The notes beneath the pieces were generated by a model that worked only from the letters and a program-made list of their open reading frames with translations, ran no database searches and was not told the DNA's origin. A stretch of 62,976 nucleotides of DNA, filler included, from an uncultured Synergistales bacterium (lineage in GTDB: Bacteria; Synergistota; Synergistia; Synergistales; Aminobacteriaceae): NCBI GenBank assembly GCA_937897575.1. It is 4 parts of 4 records of this genome, joined end to end, with 100 filler letters (N's around TTAATTAATTAA, not from the genome) between each part and the next. Parts side by side here need not be neighbours in the genome. Positions count along the whole stretch, not along the records: positions 1 to 30,308 come from CALCQG010000043.1; positions 30,409 to 44,665 come from CALCQG010000048.1; 2 more parts are not named here. The stretch is one strand, 5' to 3'. The position numbers and the translations under genes were made by a program. Below are positions 20,123-30,910 of the stretch, one piece after another; the stretch's first letter is position 1, and every line of letters begins with the position of its first letter.

Positions 20123-21163
20123 ATGGAGAACAGCCTGCTGAACCGCATCGGTGTCCCCAGGCTCATCATCTCCCTCTTCCTGGCCTTCCTCGTAGCGGCG
20201 GCCTTCTCCTACGGCCTTCCCATGGGGCAGATATTCAGCGCCATGCTGACACGCTTCGGCATGAACGCCCTCCTCGTGCTCGCCATGATCCCCACCATAC
20301 AGGCCGGCGCAGGCCCGAACTTCGGCCTCCCCTTCGGCATCATCTGCGGCCTCGTGGGAACGACGCTGGCCATCGAGCTCGACCTCAGAGGCTTCCCCGC
20401 CCTCTTCTTCGCAATAGCGGTGTCCATTCCCCTCGGCGCCGTGGCGGGCTGGCTGTACGGCCTGCTGCTCAACAGGGTCAAGGGGCAGGAGATGACCGTG
20501 GGGACCTACATGGGGTTCTCCATCGTCTCCCTCATGTGCATCTTCTGGCTCATGGCGCCCTATAACAGCCCCGAGATGATATGGCCCTACGGAGGCGAGG
20601 GGCTGCGGGTCACCGTGGTGCTGGACGGCCGCATGGAGCAGCTTCTCGACCGCTTCCTGAGCTTTTCCGTAGGGTCCGTCGTCGTTCCGACGGGCTTGCT
20701 GCTCGTCACGGCCTTGTGCTGCGTGCTTCTCTGGGCCTTCCTCCGGACGAGGACCGGGCTCGCCATGTCCATCGTCGGCGCCAACCCACGGTTCGCCGAG
20801 GCTTCGGGGCTGAACGTGAACAAGTACCGGATGCTCTCGTCCATCATCTCCTGCGCCATGGGGGCGGCGGGGATCGTCATCTACTCCCAGAGCTACGGCT
20901 TCATCCAGCTCTATCAGGCGCCCCTCTACATGGCCCTCTACTCCGTCTCGGCCATCCTCATCGGGGGGGCCTCCCTCCAGCGGGCCACCATCTCCCAGGC
21001 GCTCATCGGCACCTTCCTCTTCAATGCTCTGCTCGTCATCGCGCTGCCCGTGGCCAACGTGGCCATGAGCAGCGACATATCGGAGATCATGCGGGTCATC
21101 ATCAGCAACGGCATCATCCTGTACGCCCTGACCCGCAAGGAAGTGGGAGGGGATGCGCGATGA
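20123..21163 (+). CDS. ABC transporter permease (BPD_transp_2 type)
   Basis: Hydrophobic; RTRTGLAMSIVGANPRFAEASG, AILIGGAS. Confidence 0.9.
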   Translation: MENSLLNRIGVPRLIISLFLAFLVAAAFSYGLPMGQIFSAMLTRFGMNALLVLAMIPTIQAGAGPNFGLPFGIICGLVGTTLAIELDLRGFPALFFAIAVSIPLGAVAGWLYGLLLNRVKGQEMTVGTYMGFSIVSLMCIFWLMAPYNSPEMIWPYGGEGLRVTVVLDGRMEQLLDRFLSFSVGSVVVPTGLLLVTALCCVLLWAFLRTRTGLAMSIVGANPRFAEASGLNVNKYRMLSSIISCAMGAAGIVIYSQSYGFIQLYQAPLYMALYSVSAILIGGASLQRATISQALIGTFLFNALLVIALPVANVAMSSDISEIMRVIISNGIILYALTRKEVGGDAR

Positions 21164-22242
21164 AGAAGTTTCTGCAGAGGAACATCGTCCCGCTGGTCTT
21201 CCTCGTGCTCTGCACCATCGGGTTCCGCTACTCGGGGCTGTCGTGGATGTTCTTCGCCAACGACCTCATGACGAGGCTTGCCCGGAACTCCTTCCTCGTC
21301 ATCTCCCTCATCATCCCCGTGCTGGCCGGGATGGGGCTGAACTTCGGCATCGTCCTCGGGGCCATGGCGGGGCAGTTCGCGGCCTTCATCACCGTGGTCC
21401 ACAACATGACGGGGATGACGGGCTTCCTCGCCGCCTGCGCCATGTCCATCCCATTCGCCATCCTCTTCGGCTGGCTCACGGGCATCCTGTTCAACAACGC
21501 CAAGGGGAAGGAGATGATCACCGGGCTCATCCTGGGCTTCTTCGCCAACGGCCTCTACCAGCTCGTCTGCCTCATCCTCGTCGGCTGGGTCATCCCCATC
21601 TCGAACAAGGCCCTCCTCCTGCCCTCGGGAACGGGGTTTGTCAACACCATCGACCTGAAGATATGGCAGTACGCCCTGGACAAGTTCTACGTGCTGCGGT
21701 TCAAGACCATCACGATCCCGGGGCTCAAGTACCTGAACAACATCAACATCCCCGTCCTGACCCTCGTCGTCGTGGCCGTCCTCTGTACCCTGGTCGTGCT
21801 GCTCTTCAGGACGAAACTCGGGCAGGACCTCCGGGCGGTGGGACAGAACCGGCACATCGCCGAGGTCGCTGGCATCAAGGTGGACAGAGTCCGCATCATC
21901 GCCGTGATCTTCTCCACAGTGCTGGCAGCCTGGGGTCAGCTCATCTTTCTTCAGAACATAGGGAACGTGCAGGTCTACGGCTCGCACGTCCAGGTGGGGA
22001 CCTTCGCCGTGGCCGCCCTCCTCATCGGAGGTGCCACCGTATCGAGGGCCACCATCGGGCAGGCCCTTCTCGGAACGGTGCTCTTCCACGCCCTCTTCAT
22101 CGTCTCGCCGCTGGCAGGAAAGAACATCATGGGCAGCGCCCAGGTGGGTGAATACTTCCGGGTCTTCATCGCCTACGGCGTCATCGGCATCGCCCTGGCG
22201 CTCCACGCCTGGCAGAGGCTCGCCAAGCCGGGGAAAAAGTAA
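21160..22242 (+). CDS. ABC transporter permease (BPD_transp_2 type)
   Basis: Hydrophobic; TKLGQDLRAVGQNRHIAEVAGI, AALLIGGAT; ATGA overlap with the previous gene. Confidence 0.9.
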   Translation: MKKFLQRNIVPLVFLVLCTIGFRYSGLSWMFFANDLMTRLARNSFLVISLIIPVLAGMGLNFGIVLGAMAGQFAAFITVVHNMTGMTGFLAACAMSIPFAILFGWLTGILFNNAKGKEMITGLILGFFANGLYQLVCLILVGWVIPISNKALLLPSGTGFVNTIDLKIWQYALDKFYVLRFKTITIPGLKYLNNINIPVLTLVVVAVLCTLVVLLFRTKLGQDLRAVGQNRHIAEVAGIKVDRVRIIAVIFSTVLAAWGQLIFLQNIGNVQVYGSHVQVGTFAVAALLIGGATVSRATIGQALLGTVLFHALFIVSPLAGKNIMGSAQVGEYFRVFIAYGVIGIALALHAWQRLAKPGKK

Positions 22243-22259
22243 CCGGCTCCTGGACATGC

Positions 22260-22305
22260 AAAAGCAGGCGGTATCGCCCGAATGAGCGATCCCGCCTGCT
22301 TTTTT
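22260..22305 (+). terminator. Bidirectional intrinsic terminator
   Basis: AAAAGCAGGCGG...CCGCCTGCTTTTTT between convergent genes. Confidence 0.8.
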
Positions 22306-22399
22306 CCGTCGAAGCGCTCCGCACGGAACACAGGCGGAACAGAGTCCCTCTCGGCGATATGAGGGCACGGGCAGATCGGCCCGGGGATCGGATCCGCTC

Positions 22400-22726
22400 C
22401 TACTCGCCGCACTCCTCCCCGGGCTCCGGGACATACTCGTTGTGCTCCAGCAAAGCGTCCCGCAGGCGCCCCTCCCGATCCGCCTCCTCCATCATCTCGA
22501 TATCGTAGGGGTCGAGATGGACCAGCATCATAAGTTCGCCGTCTTCATCCAGCCCCGTCACGGCCTCGCCGTCCTCGGAGCCGGCCCACTGTCGCGTGAC
22601 GGAGTGGCAGAACTCGCCGAAAATCTCCGCGGCCTTCCCAGCGTAGAACTCCCGCTTTCGGATGTACTCCTCGGCCTCGTCCTCGGGAATCAGATAGGCG
22701 TCCACCTTGACCATCTTCTTGCTCAT
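22400..22726 (-). CDS. Small, very acidic hypothetical protein (108 aa)
   Basis: GAGGTGAGG SD before MSKKMVKV; fills the gap between two terminators. Confidence 0.75.
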   Translation of the reverse strand: MSKKMVKVDAYLIPEDEAEEYIRKREFYAGKAAEIFGEFCHSVTRQWAGSEDGEAVTGLDEDGELMMLVHLDPYDIEMMEEADREGRLRDALLEHNEYVPEPGEECGE

Positions 22727-22897
22727 GGGCCTCACCTCGATCGATAGTATTCCACCCTGAATCCTGTCGCACACCTTTCCTGCGGACGAAAGACCGGGTA
22801 CTGGACCTTTATGGAGTGCATGCCGCCCCAGGGCTCCCTTTGCTGTCCCGGTCCCGATGACGCCTTGCTTCTTGCAATCGACACAGGTGATCGACAG

Positions 22898-22934
22898 AAA
22901 AAACGGAAGGGCTCACGTTGAGTCCCTCCGTTTT
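22898..22934 (-). terminator. Intrinsic terminator after livF
   Basis: AAACGGAGGGACTCA-ACG-TGAGCCCTTCCGTTTTTT on the minus strand. Confidence 0.8.
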
Positions 22935-22952
22935 GTGTCGTCCGACCCTCTC

Positions 22953-23658
22953 TTACCCCCCCAGGTACGCCTCCTTGACCCGGGGGTCCTTGAGCAGGTC
23001 CTCGCCCCGGCCCTCGAGGGCAATGGCCCCCACCTCGAGGATGTAGGCGTAGGAGGCGATCTTCAGCGCGGCGAAGGCGTTCTGCTCCACGAGGAGGACC
23101 GTCTTGCCCTGGGCGTTGATCTCGCCGATGATGTCGAACACTTCCTTCACGAGCAGCGGTGCGAGACCGAGGGAGGGTTCGTCGAGCATGACGAGGTGGG
23201 GTGAGCTCATGAGCGCCCGCCCCACGGCGAGCATCTGCTGCTCGCCCCCCGACAGGGTTCCGCCCTTCTGCCAGGAGCGCTCCTTCAGGCGGGGGAAGAG
23301 CTCGTACACGTGGTCCCGGTCCCGCTCGACCCCATCAGTATCGGTCCGGATGTAGGCGCCCAGTTTCAGGTTCTCCTCCACCGTGAGGTGCGGAAGGATT
23401 CTCCGCCCCTCGGGGCTCATGGCGATGCCGAGGCGGACCATGTCCTCGGGCCGGCGCCCAGCGATGTTCATCTCCGTCCCGTCGGGCGGCGTGTAGAGGA
23501 TCCGCCCCTTCACGTTCTTCACGAGGCCGGCGATGGAGCGGATGGTGCTGCTCTTCCCGGCGCCGTTGGCTCCGATGAGGGTGACGATGCCCCCCTTCGG
23601 GATGGCGATGGAGATGCCCTTCACGGCGTGGATGGCGCCGTAGTAGACGTGGAGGTCC

Positions 23659-23672
<14 letters not shown>
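22953..23672 (-). CDS. livF: Branched-chain amino acid ABC ATPase
   Basis: GANGAGKSS, LSGGEQQMLA, DEPSLGLAP, VEQNA. Confidence 0.93.
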
Positions 23673-24446
<774 letters not shown>

Positions 24447-24450
<4 letters not shown>

Positions 24451-25493
24451 TCGCTCTTCCCTCCCCTCTTCGAACGGTCGAAGATGCCGTCCCAGGTGAT
24501 CTCCTTCATGCCCATGATCCCCTCGCGACGGAAGAGGATGATGAGGATGAGCGCCAGGGAGAAGAGGACCATCCGCATGCCCGGGATGCCCGGTATCTCG
24601 AAGGAGCCGATGGTGACCGGATTCTCCACGATCCGGAGCCACTCGAGCAGGACGGTTATCACGATGCTGCCGATGACGCTGCCCGTGATGGAGCCGAGGC
24701 CGCCCGCCACGGTGAACATGAGCACGTTGAAGGTCAGGGCGAAGCTGAACATCTTCGGGTCGATCGTGGTGGTGAGGCTGCCCATGAGGGCCCCGCCCAC
24801 GCCGGCGAAGAAAGCGCCGACGGTGAAGGAGACGACCTTGTAGAAGAAGGTGTTGATCCCCATGTTCTTCGCCGCGATTTCGTCGTCCCGTATGGCCTTC
24901 AGCACGCTGCCGAAGTTGCTGTTGATGAGGCGGATCATGAAAAAGAGGGTGATCAGGAACCATCCGTAGTTCCACCAGAGGTTCGCGTGACCCGGTATGC
25001 CCTTGATCCCCAGGGCGCCGTTGGTGATGGAGCTCAGGTTGGTGAGCACCACGCGGATGATCTCGGCGAAGCCGAGGGTCGCGATGCCCAGGTAGTCGCC
25101 TCCGAGGCGAAGCACGGGGATCGCGATGAGCAGCGCCACGAAAGCGGCGACCAGGCCGGCGCACACCACCGACAGGAAGAAGGGTGCGTGCATGACGGAG
25201 AAGGGCCAGGCGATGGGGTCGAGGATCCACATGGTCGTCTTCTGGTCCTGCGTCAGGGTGAGCAGAGCGTTCACGTAGGCGCCGAGGGCCATGAATCCGG
25301 CGTGCCCCAGGGAGAACATCCCCGTGAAGCCGTAGATCAGGTTCAGGCTGAGTGCGAGGATGGCGTTCACCGCCACGAGATTGGTCACCTGAATCTTGTA
25401 GCCGTCGAGGTTACCCTGGGCCCACCAGATGAAGAACGCCAGGAGGGCGATGGCAATGCCTGTGAGGGCAAGGTTCCGTGTCTTCCTGTTCAT
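24447..25493 (-). CDS. livM: Branched-chain amino acid ABC permease
   Basis: SLGHAGFMALGAY, RLGGDYLGIATLGFAEI, AIRDDEIAA. Confidence 0.92.
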
Positions 25494-26383
25494 ATCTTGT
25501 CCTCCAGCTTCTCCCCCATGAGCCCCGTGGGCTTCATGAGCAGGATGACGATCAGAAGGATGAAGGCGAAGGCGTCGCGGTAGCCCGACAAGCCGGGAAA
25601 GAAGGCCACCACCATGATCTCGATGAACCCAAGGATCATCCCGCCGACGACGGCCCCCTGAATGGAGCCGATGCCGCCGAAGACGGCCGCGATGAAGGCC
25701 TTGTTGCCCGGCACGAGTCCCATGAACGGGTTGATCTGGGGGTACCGGAGGGCCCACATGATGCCCGACGCTGCGGCCAGGGCCGAGCCGATGGCGAAGG
25801 TCATTGCGATGACCTTGTCCACCGGGACGCCCATGAGGCGCGTGGTCTCGATATCCTTCGAGATCGCCCGCATGGCCAGGCCGGGCTTCGTTCTATAGAT
25901 CACCCAGAGAAGGGAGGCGACGAGCGCCGCCGTCACGATCGGGACGATGATTGCCAGAGGGAGGATCCGGATGTCGCCGAACTTTATCACGTTCACGAGC
26001 CAGTCGGGGCGCATGACCGCCCGGGGCAGACCCGTGAAGAGCACGAGGCTCAGGTTCTGGATGAAGAAGGAGACGCCTATGGCGCTGATGAGCGCCGATA
26101 TCCTGGGCGCGTCGCGGAGCGGCCTGTAGGCCATCCTGTCCACGAGGACGCCGCAGAGGGCCGTTCCGATGATGGCCACGACCACCGCAAGGGACCAGGG
26201 TAAGGCCCAGAGGGTGGTGGCGAAGAAGACGAAATAGGCTCCGAGCATGAACATATCGCCGTGGGCGAAGTTGATGAGCCGGAGGATGCCGTAGACCATG
26301 GTGTAGCCGATGGCGATGAGGCCGTACAGGGAACCGAGGGTCAGAGCGTTGAAGAAGTGCTGGACGAACATGTTGAGGCTCAA
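25490..26383 (-). CDS. livH: Branched-chain amino acid ABC permease
   Basis: AIGYTMVYGILRLINFAHGD, KAFIAAVFGGIGS. Confidence 0.93.
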   Translation of the reverse strand: MSLNMFVQHFFNALTLGSLYGLIAIGYTMVYGILRLINFAHGDMFMLGAYFVFFATTLWALPWSLAVVVAIIGTALCGVLVDRMAYRPLRDAPRISALISAIGVSFFIQNLSLVLFTGLPRAVMRPDWLVNVIKFGDIRILPLAIIVPIVTAALVASLLWVIYRTKPGLAMRAISKDIETTRLMGVPVDKVIAMTFAIGSALAAASGIMWALRYPQINPFMGLVPGNKAFIAAVFGGIGSIQGAVVGGMILGFIEIMVVAFFPGLSGYRDAFAFILLIVILLMKPTGLMGEKLEDKI

Positions 26384-26410
26384 TTGATGTTCCCCCTCGC
26401 GTCAAGAAGT

Positions 26411-26434
26411 GGAGGGAGGATGACTCCTCCCTCC
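26411..26434 (-). terminator. Hairpin between livK and livH (mRNA stability or attenuation)
   Basis: GGAGGGAGGA-TGAC-TCCTCCCTCC inverted repeat, weak U-tract. Confidence 0.5.
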
Positions 26435-26480
26435 AGCTCGATGGGTTCGTGCTGCGCCCGATGAAAGGGTTTCGAGGTTA

Positions 26481-27614
26481 TTACATCTCGGGCGAAACTT
26501 CGCCCACGTAGACTCTCTGTCCGTCCTTGATCTGGATGATGCCCACCGGGCTCTCGGCGTCATGGGTCGCGTTGATGGTCTTGTTGCCCGTGACACCGGG
26601 GAAGTCCTTCGTCTGGGCAAGGGCCGCGCGGATGGCGTCGGGTTCGGCGGAGCCGGCGGTCTTGATGGCGTTCGCCACGAGCATGTAGGAGTCGTACCCG
26701 AGAGCGGCGTTCACGTTCGGGGCCTTATCGGGGTGGATCTTCTTCCAGTTCTCCGTGAAGGTGGCGGCCAGGGGGCTCATGTCCTTCATGGTGGCGTCAT
26801 AGGGGAAGGTCGTGTGGATGAACCCGTTCACGGCGTCGCCGCCGATCTTCACGAGTTCCGGGTTGTCCATGGCGTCGCCGCCCATGATCTGGAACTCCGC
26901 GCCGAGCTCTCTCGCCTGCTTCATGATGATGGCGCCCTCGGCGAAGTCGGCGGGGATGAAGAGCAGCTCGGGCTTCTTGCTGATGATCTCCGTCAGCTGG
27001 GCCGTGAAGTCCTGGTCACCGGAGTTGTACTTCAGCTCGGAGACGATCTCGCCGCCGAGTTTCTTGAAGGACTGCTTGAAGAACGTGGCAAGGCCCACGC
27101 TGTAGTCGTTGGCCACGTCGATGAGCAGGGCCGCCTTCTTCATGTTCAGCGTCTTCATCGCGTAGGTCGCCGCGCCGGCGCCCTGATAGGGGTCGATGAA
27201 GCAGGCCCTGAAGACGTACATCTTGCCCTGGGTCACAAGCGGGTTGGTGCAGGAGGTCCCCATCATGGGGATCTTCGCCGCCTCGGCCACTTCACCGCCG
27301 GCCATGGCCAGGGAGGAGCCGTAGGTCCCGATGACCGCGACGACCTTGTCGCGCTCCGTCAGGCGTTTCACCGCGTTGGCGGCCTCGACCTTGTCGGTCT
27401 TGTTGTCCACGACGATGAGCTCCACTTTCTTGCCGAGAAGCTCGGGAACTTCCTGATGGGCCATCTGGATACCCTCAAGCTCGAGCTGGCCGCCGAAGGC
27501 GGTACGACCCGTCAGCGAGTTGTAGACGCCGATCTTGATCGTATCCTCGGCACAGGCAGTTCCCACCAGAACAAACACGAGCAGCACCGCAAGAAACACT
27601 TTGGACAGTTTCAT
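26481..27614 (-). CDS. livK: Branched-chain amino acid ABC substrate-binding protein
   Basis: Signal peptide, IKIGVYNSLTG, FRACFIDPYQG, DFTAQLT; AAGGAGG SD. Confidence 0.9.
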   Translation of the reverse strand: MKLSKVFLAVLLVFVLVGTACAEDTIKIGVYNSLTGRTAFGGQLELEGIQMAHQEVPELLGKKVELIVVDNKTDKVEAANAVKRLTERDKVVAVIGTYGSSLAMAGGEVAEAAKIPMMGTSCTNPLVTQGKMYVFRACFIDPYQGAGAATYAMKTLNMKKAALLIDVANDYSVGLATFFKQSFKKLGGEIVSELKYNSGDQDFTAQLTEIISKKPELLFIPADFAEGAIIMKQARELGAEFQIMGGDAMDNPELVKIGGDAVNGFIHTTFPYDATMKDMSPLAATFTENWKKIHPDKAPNVNAALGYDSYMLVANAIKTAGSAEPDAIRAALAQTKDFPGVTGNKTINATHDAESPVGIIQIKDGQRVYVGEVSPEM

Positions 27615-27708
27615 CGATACCCCTCCTTCACGATTGTCGTACTTTCCGACAAACTTCATTATACACAAAAGGCCGCGCCTCAGGAAGGGGACATATGCAT
27701 GGGGGGCT

Positions 27709-28167
27709 CTACCGGTCGCCGATGAGCCGGGCGATCTCCTGCTGGAAGCTCTGAAGATCGGTGAACTCCCGGTAGACCGATGCGAAGCGGACGTACGCCA
27801 CTTGGTTGACGCCCTTGAGCTCCTCCATGACCCTTTGGCCGATCTCCGCCACGGGGATCTCGCCGTACCCCTCGGCCTTGAGGTCGTCCTCGATCTTCGT
27901 GGCGATGTCCTCCATCTGCTCCAGGGAGACGGGCAGCTTCTCGCAGGCCCGGGTGATGCCGCGGAGGATCTTGCCCCGGTCGAAGGTCTCGCGGCTCCCG
28001 TCCTTCTTGATCACCCGGAGCGGCCGACGGTCCTCGATCTTCTCGTAGGTGGTGAACCGCGTGGCGCAGTCGGGACACTCCCTGCGCCTCCGGACGACCC
28101 GCCCCTCGTCGGAGGTCCTCGTCTCGATCACCCTGGTCTCCATGGCGCCGCAGGCCGGACATTTCAT
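27709..28167 (-). CDS. nrdR: Transcriptional repressor NrdR
   Basis: MKCPAC..RRRRECPDC..RFTTYE, ATP-cone, VAYVRFASVY. Confidence 0.97.
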   Translation of the reverse strand: MKCPACGAMETRVIETRTSDEGRVVRRRRECPDCATRFTTYEKIEDRRPLRVIKKDGSRETFDRGKILRGITRACEKLPVSLEQMEDIATKIEDDLKAEGYGEIPVAEIGQRVMEELKGVNQVAYVRFASVYREFTDLQSFQQEIARLIGDR

Positions 28168-28197
28168 GGGCACCCTCCCCTTTGGAAAGAATACAGG

Positions 28198-28221
28198 AAA
28201 AGCCGGGTCGCCCCGGCTTTC
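28198..28221 (-). terminator. Short intrinsic terminator after yqeY
   Basis: AAAGCCGGG-GCGA-CCCGGCTTTT on the minus strand. Confidence 0.6.
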
Positions 28222-28258
28222 ATACGTCGCTCGTTCTTGAAGCAGGCTCCGGGGCGGT

Positions 28259-28729
28259 CTACTCCTGATGGGACTGAAGCCACCCCTGCACCGCGTCCCG
28301 CACGCGCTTTCCGTCGGCGCGGCCCTTGACCTCGGCCATGACGCCGCCCATCACCCGCCCCATATCCTTCGGCCCCGAGGCCTTGACCCGCCTCGCCGTC
28401 TCCTCCACGAAGCGGAGGATCTCCTCGTCGGAGAGCTGCTCCGGAAGGTACGTTTCGAGAAAGGCCGCCTCCCTTGACTCCTCGTCCGCCCGGTCCTTCA
28501 CCCCGACGGCGGCGTACTGCTCGGCGGCCTCCCGCCGTTGTTTCACGAGGCGCTGAACGAGGGCCACGATCTCGTCCTCGGTGAGGTCGCCCGTGTGTCC
28601 CTTGTCCGTCTTCGCCCTCTGGAACTCCGCCTTGAGCATGCGAAGGGAGGACAGTTCCAGCTCCTTCCTCGCCTTCATGGCGGCCTGCAGATCGTCCGAT
28701 ACCTTCTTCTCGATCCCCGTCACGGGCAA
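28259..28729 (-). CDS. yqeY: GatB/YqeY domain protein
   Basis: DLQAAMKAR, KQRREAAEQY, YLPEQLS, DMGRVMG; follows rpsU. Confidence 0.92.
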   Translation of the reverse strand: MPVTGIEKKVSDDLQAAMKARKELELSSLRMLKAEFQRAKTDKGHTGDLTEDEIVALVQRLVKQRREAAEQYAAVGVKDRADEESREAAFLETYLPEQLSDEEILRFVEETARRVKASGPKDMGRVMGGVMAEVKGRADGKRVRDAVQGWLQSHQE

Positions 28730-28915
28730 CTACCCCCTGCGGCTCCGTCTCTTCTTCGCTGCCTCGGCTCGCTTGATCTTCTTCGCCTCGCTGGGTTTCT
28801 CGTAGTGCTCCCGCTTCCGGACCTCCCGAAGGGTTCCCACCTTGGACACCTCGCGTTTGAACCGCCTGAGAGCGTCATCAAGGGATTCATTCTCTCTCCG
28901 AACGACTGTCGTCAT
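28730..28915 (-). CDS. rpsU: 30S ribosomal protein S21
   Basis: [24 protein letters not shown]. Confidence 0.97.
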   Translation of the reverse strand: MTTVVRRENESLDDALRRFKREVSKVGTLREVRKREHYEKPSEAKKIKRAEAAKKRRSRRG

Positions 28916-28946
28916 GCATACTCCCCCCTTTCTCGCTCCCTCTGCG

Positions 28947-29297
28947 TTACCCCGGCGGCCAGTGAAAGCTCCTGCCGGCCATCAGGTGTACATGGAGATG
29001 GAATACGGTCTGCCCCGCCCGAGTACCGCAGTTGATCACCAGCCGGTACCCCTCGTCGTCGAGCCCGAGGCGGTGGGCCGTCTCCACGGCGCACCCCATG
29101 AGCTTCGACCACAGGGCGGGATCCTTGACATCGGCCGAAGACGACACGTGTTCCTTCGGAATGGCCAGAAGGTGCACCGGCGCCTGGGGGTTGACGTCCT
29201 TGAAGACGAGCACTTCGTCGTCCTCGTAGACCCTCTGGGCCGGGACCTCTCCCGAGGCTATTCCGCAGAACAGGCACTTCTTCTCCAACCGTCCCAC
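28947..29297 (-). CDS. HIT-family nucleotide-binding protein (HinT-like)
   Basis: [27 protein letters not shown]. Confidence 0.95.
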   Translation of the reverse strand: MGRLEKKCLFCGIASGEVPAQRVYEDDEVLVFKDVNPQAPVHLLAIPKEHVSSSADVKDPALWSKLMGCAVETAHRLGLDDEGYRLVINCGTRAGQTVFHLHVHLMAGRSFHWPPG

Positions 29298-29314
29298 CTC
29301 GCAGTGTGAGGGTA

Positions 29315-30308
29315 TTATAGCAGATTTTCAGGCAGGGGGACAGGGTGAGAAGGCGGAGCGAAATCGGGCGCAACCCTGCTGCCCGACAGCGTTCCGTCCG
29401 ACGCGGCCGTGACGGCCACGAGGACCTCCCGCCCCTGCTCGCCGAACCCCTTCGCCTCCACGCGAAGGAACTCCCGGGACAGCCCCTCGAAGGCGGAGGA
29501 GCCCGTCTTCTCCACGAGGACGGGGACCGTGCGCCCCGTCCAGCGGGCGCCGTACTCGTTCAGCAGCTCGTCGCCCAGGGCGATGGCCCGTCTCGCGCGG
29601 TCAGCCAAAATGTCCGGCGGGACTCTCCCCACCATGGAGAAGGCGTCGGTCCCTCTTCGCGGCGAGTAGGGAAAGACGTGCACCTTGCCCAGACGGCAGG
29701 CCCTCATCAGAGAGAGGGTGTCGGTGAAGTCCCCCTCCGTCTCGCCCGGGAACCCCACGAGGATATCGGAGCTGATGTGGGTGTCCTGCCCGAGGGCGCT
29801 CCGGACCCGCTCCACGATGGCCAGGTAATCGTCGGGCCCGTACCCCCGCCGCATCCGGCGGAGCACCTCCGCGCTCCCGCTCTGGAGGGCCAGGTGCAGG
29901 TGCGGGCAGAAGGCCGGCGTGGCGGCGAGGGCCTCCAGGAGGTCGTCGTCCAGGCCGAAGGGCTCCAGGGAGCCGAAACGGATCCGCTTGACCCCGTCCA
30001 CGGCGGCGACGGCCCGGACCAGCTGTCCGAGGGAGGCGTCTCCGCCCCGTCCGTAGAGCCCGAGATGGATGCCCGTGAGGACGATCTCCGGGCAGCCCGA
30101 CGCGGCGATCCGCCGGACCTCCTCCGTCACATCGGTGATTGAACGGCTCACGGGGCGCCCCCGCACCGAGGGGATGACGCAGTAGGAGCAGAAGTGGTCG
30201 CAGCCGTCCTGAACCTTCACGAAGGCGCGGGTGTGGAGCATGGGCCGGTCCAGGGTCAGGCCGTCCCAGGCCCCCTCCGCGCCGGGGTCACCCCGCTCCT
30301 CGCGGAAG
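29315..30308 (-). CDS. mtaB: tRNA methylthiotransferase MtaB (5' part lost in the gap)
   Basis: TRAFVKVQDGCDHFCSYC radical-SAM motif, LTGIHLG, HVFPYSPRRGT. Confidence 0.9.
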
Positions 30309-30408
30309 NNNNNNNNNNNNNNNNNNNNNNNNNNNNNNNNNNNNNNNNNNNNTTAATTAATTAANNNNNNNNNNNNNNNNNNNNNNNNNNNNNNNNNNNN
30401 NNNNNNNN
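30309..30408. other. Artificial contig-join spacer
   Basis: N-run / TTAATTAATTAA / N-run (stops in all frames), 100 nt. Confidence 0.98.
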
Positions 30409-30910
30409 AGTGGACGAGCCGAAGGTCGCCCTGCTCTCCAACGGCTCGGAGGAGATCAAGGGGGACGAGGCCATCGCCGGAGCGAGGGAGCTCCTTTGGT
30501 CCACCTCCCTCAACTTCGCGGGGTACGTCGAGGGCGACGATATCCCCTACGGCCGGGCGGACGTGGTCGTCTGCGACGGCTTCTCGGGCAACGTCCTCCT
30601 GAAGTTCGCCGAGGGGCTCATGACGGCCTCGGCCTCCATCGTGAAGGAGGAAATGGGACGCAGGATACTGCCCAAGCTGGGCATGGCGTTCATGATCCCG
30701 ATGATACGCAGCCTCAGGGCGCGGCTCGACTACGAAAAGCACGGCGGGACCCCTCTCCTCGGCGTGAACGGCGTGGTGGTGAAAGCCCACGGCCGATCCA
30801 AGGCGACGGCCATCGCGAGCGCCCTGAGCGCGGCGCGGCGTTTCGTGACCCAGAACGGCATTCAGAAGATCAAGGACGAGCTGATGGAGACGCAAAGGAG
30901 GGCGCCATGA
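30409..30910 (+). CDS. plsX: Phosphate acyltransferase PlsX (3' part only)
   Basis: LLSNGSEEIKG, DVVVCDGFSGNV, GGTPLLGVNGVVVKAHG. Confidence 0.95.

Noticed and set aside
30309..30408. TTAATTAATTAA motif repeated three times in the window
   Set aside because: Identical N-flanked 100-nt linkers are assembly spacers, not biological repeats or att sites
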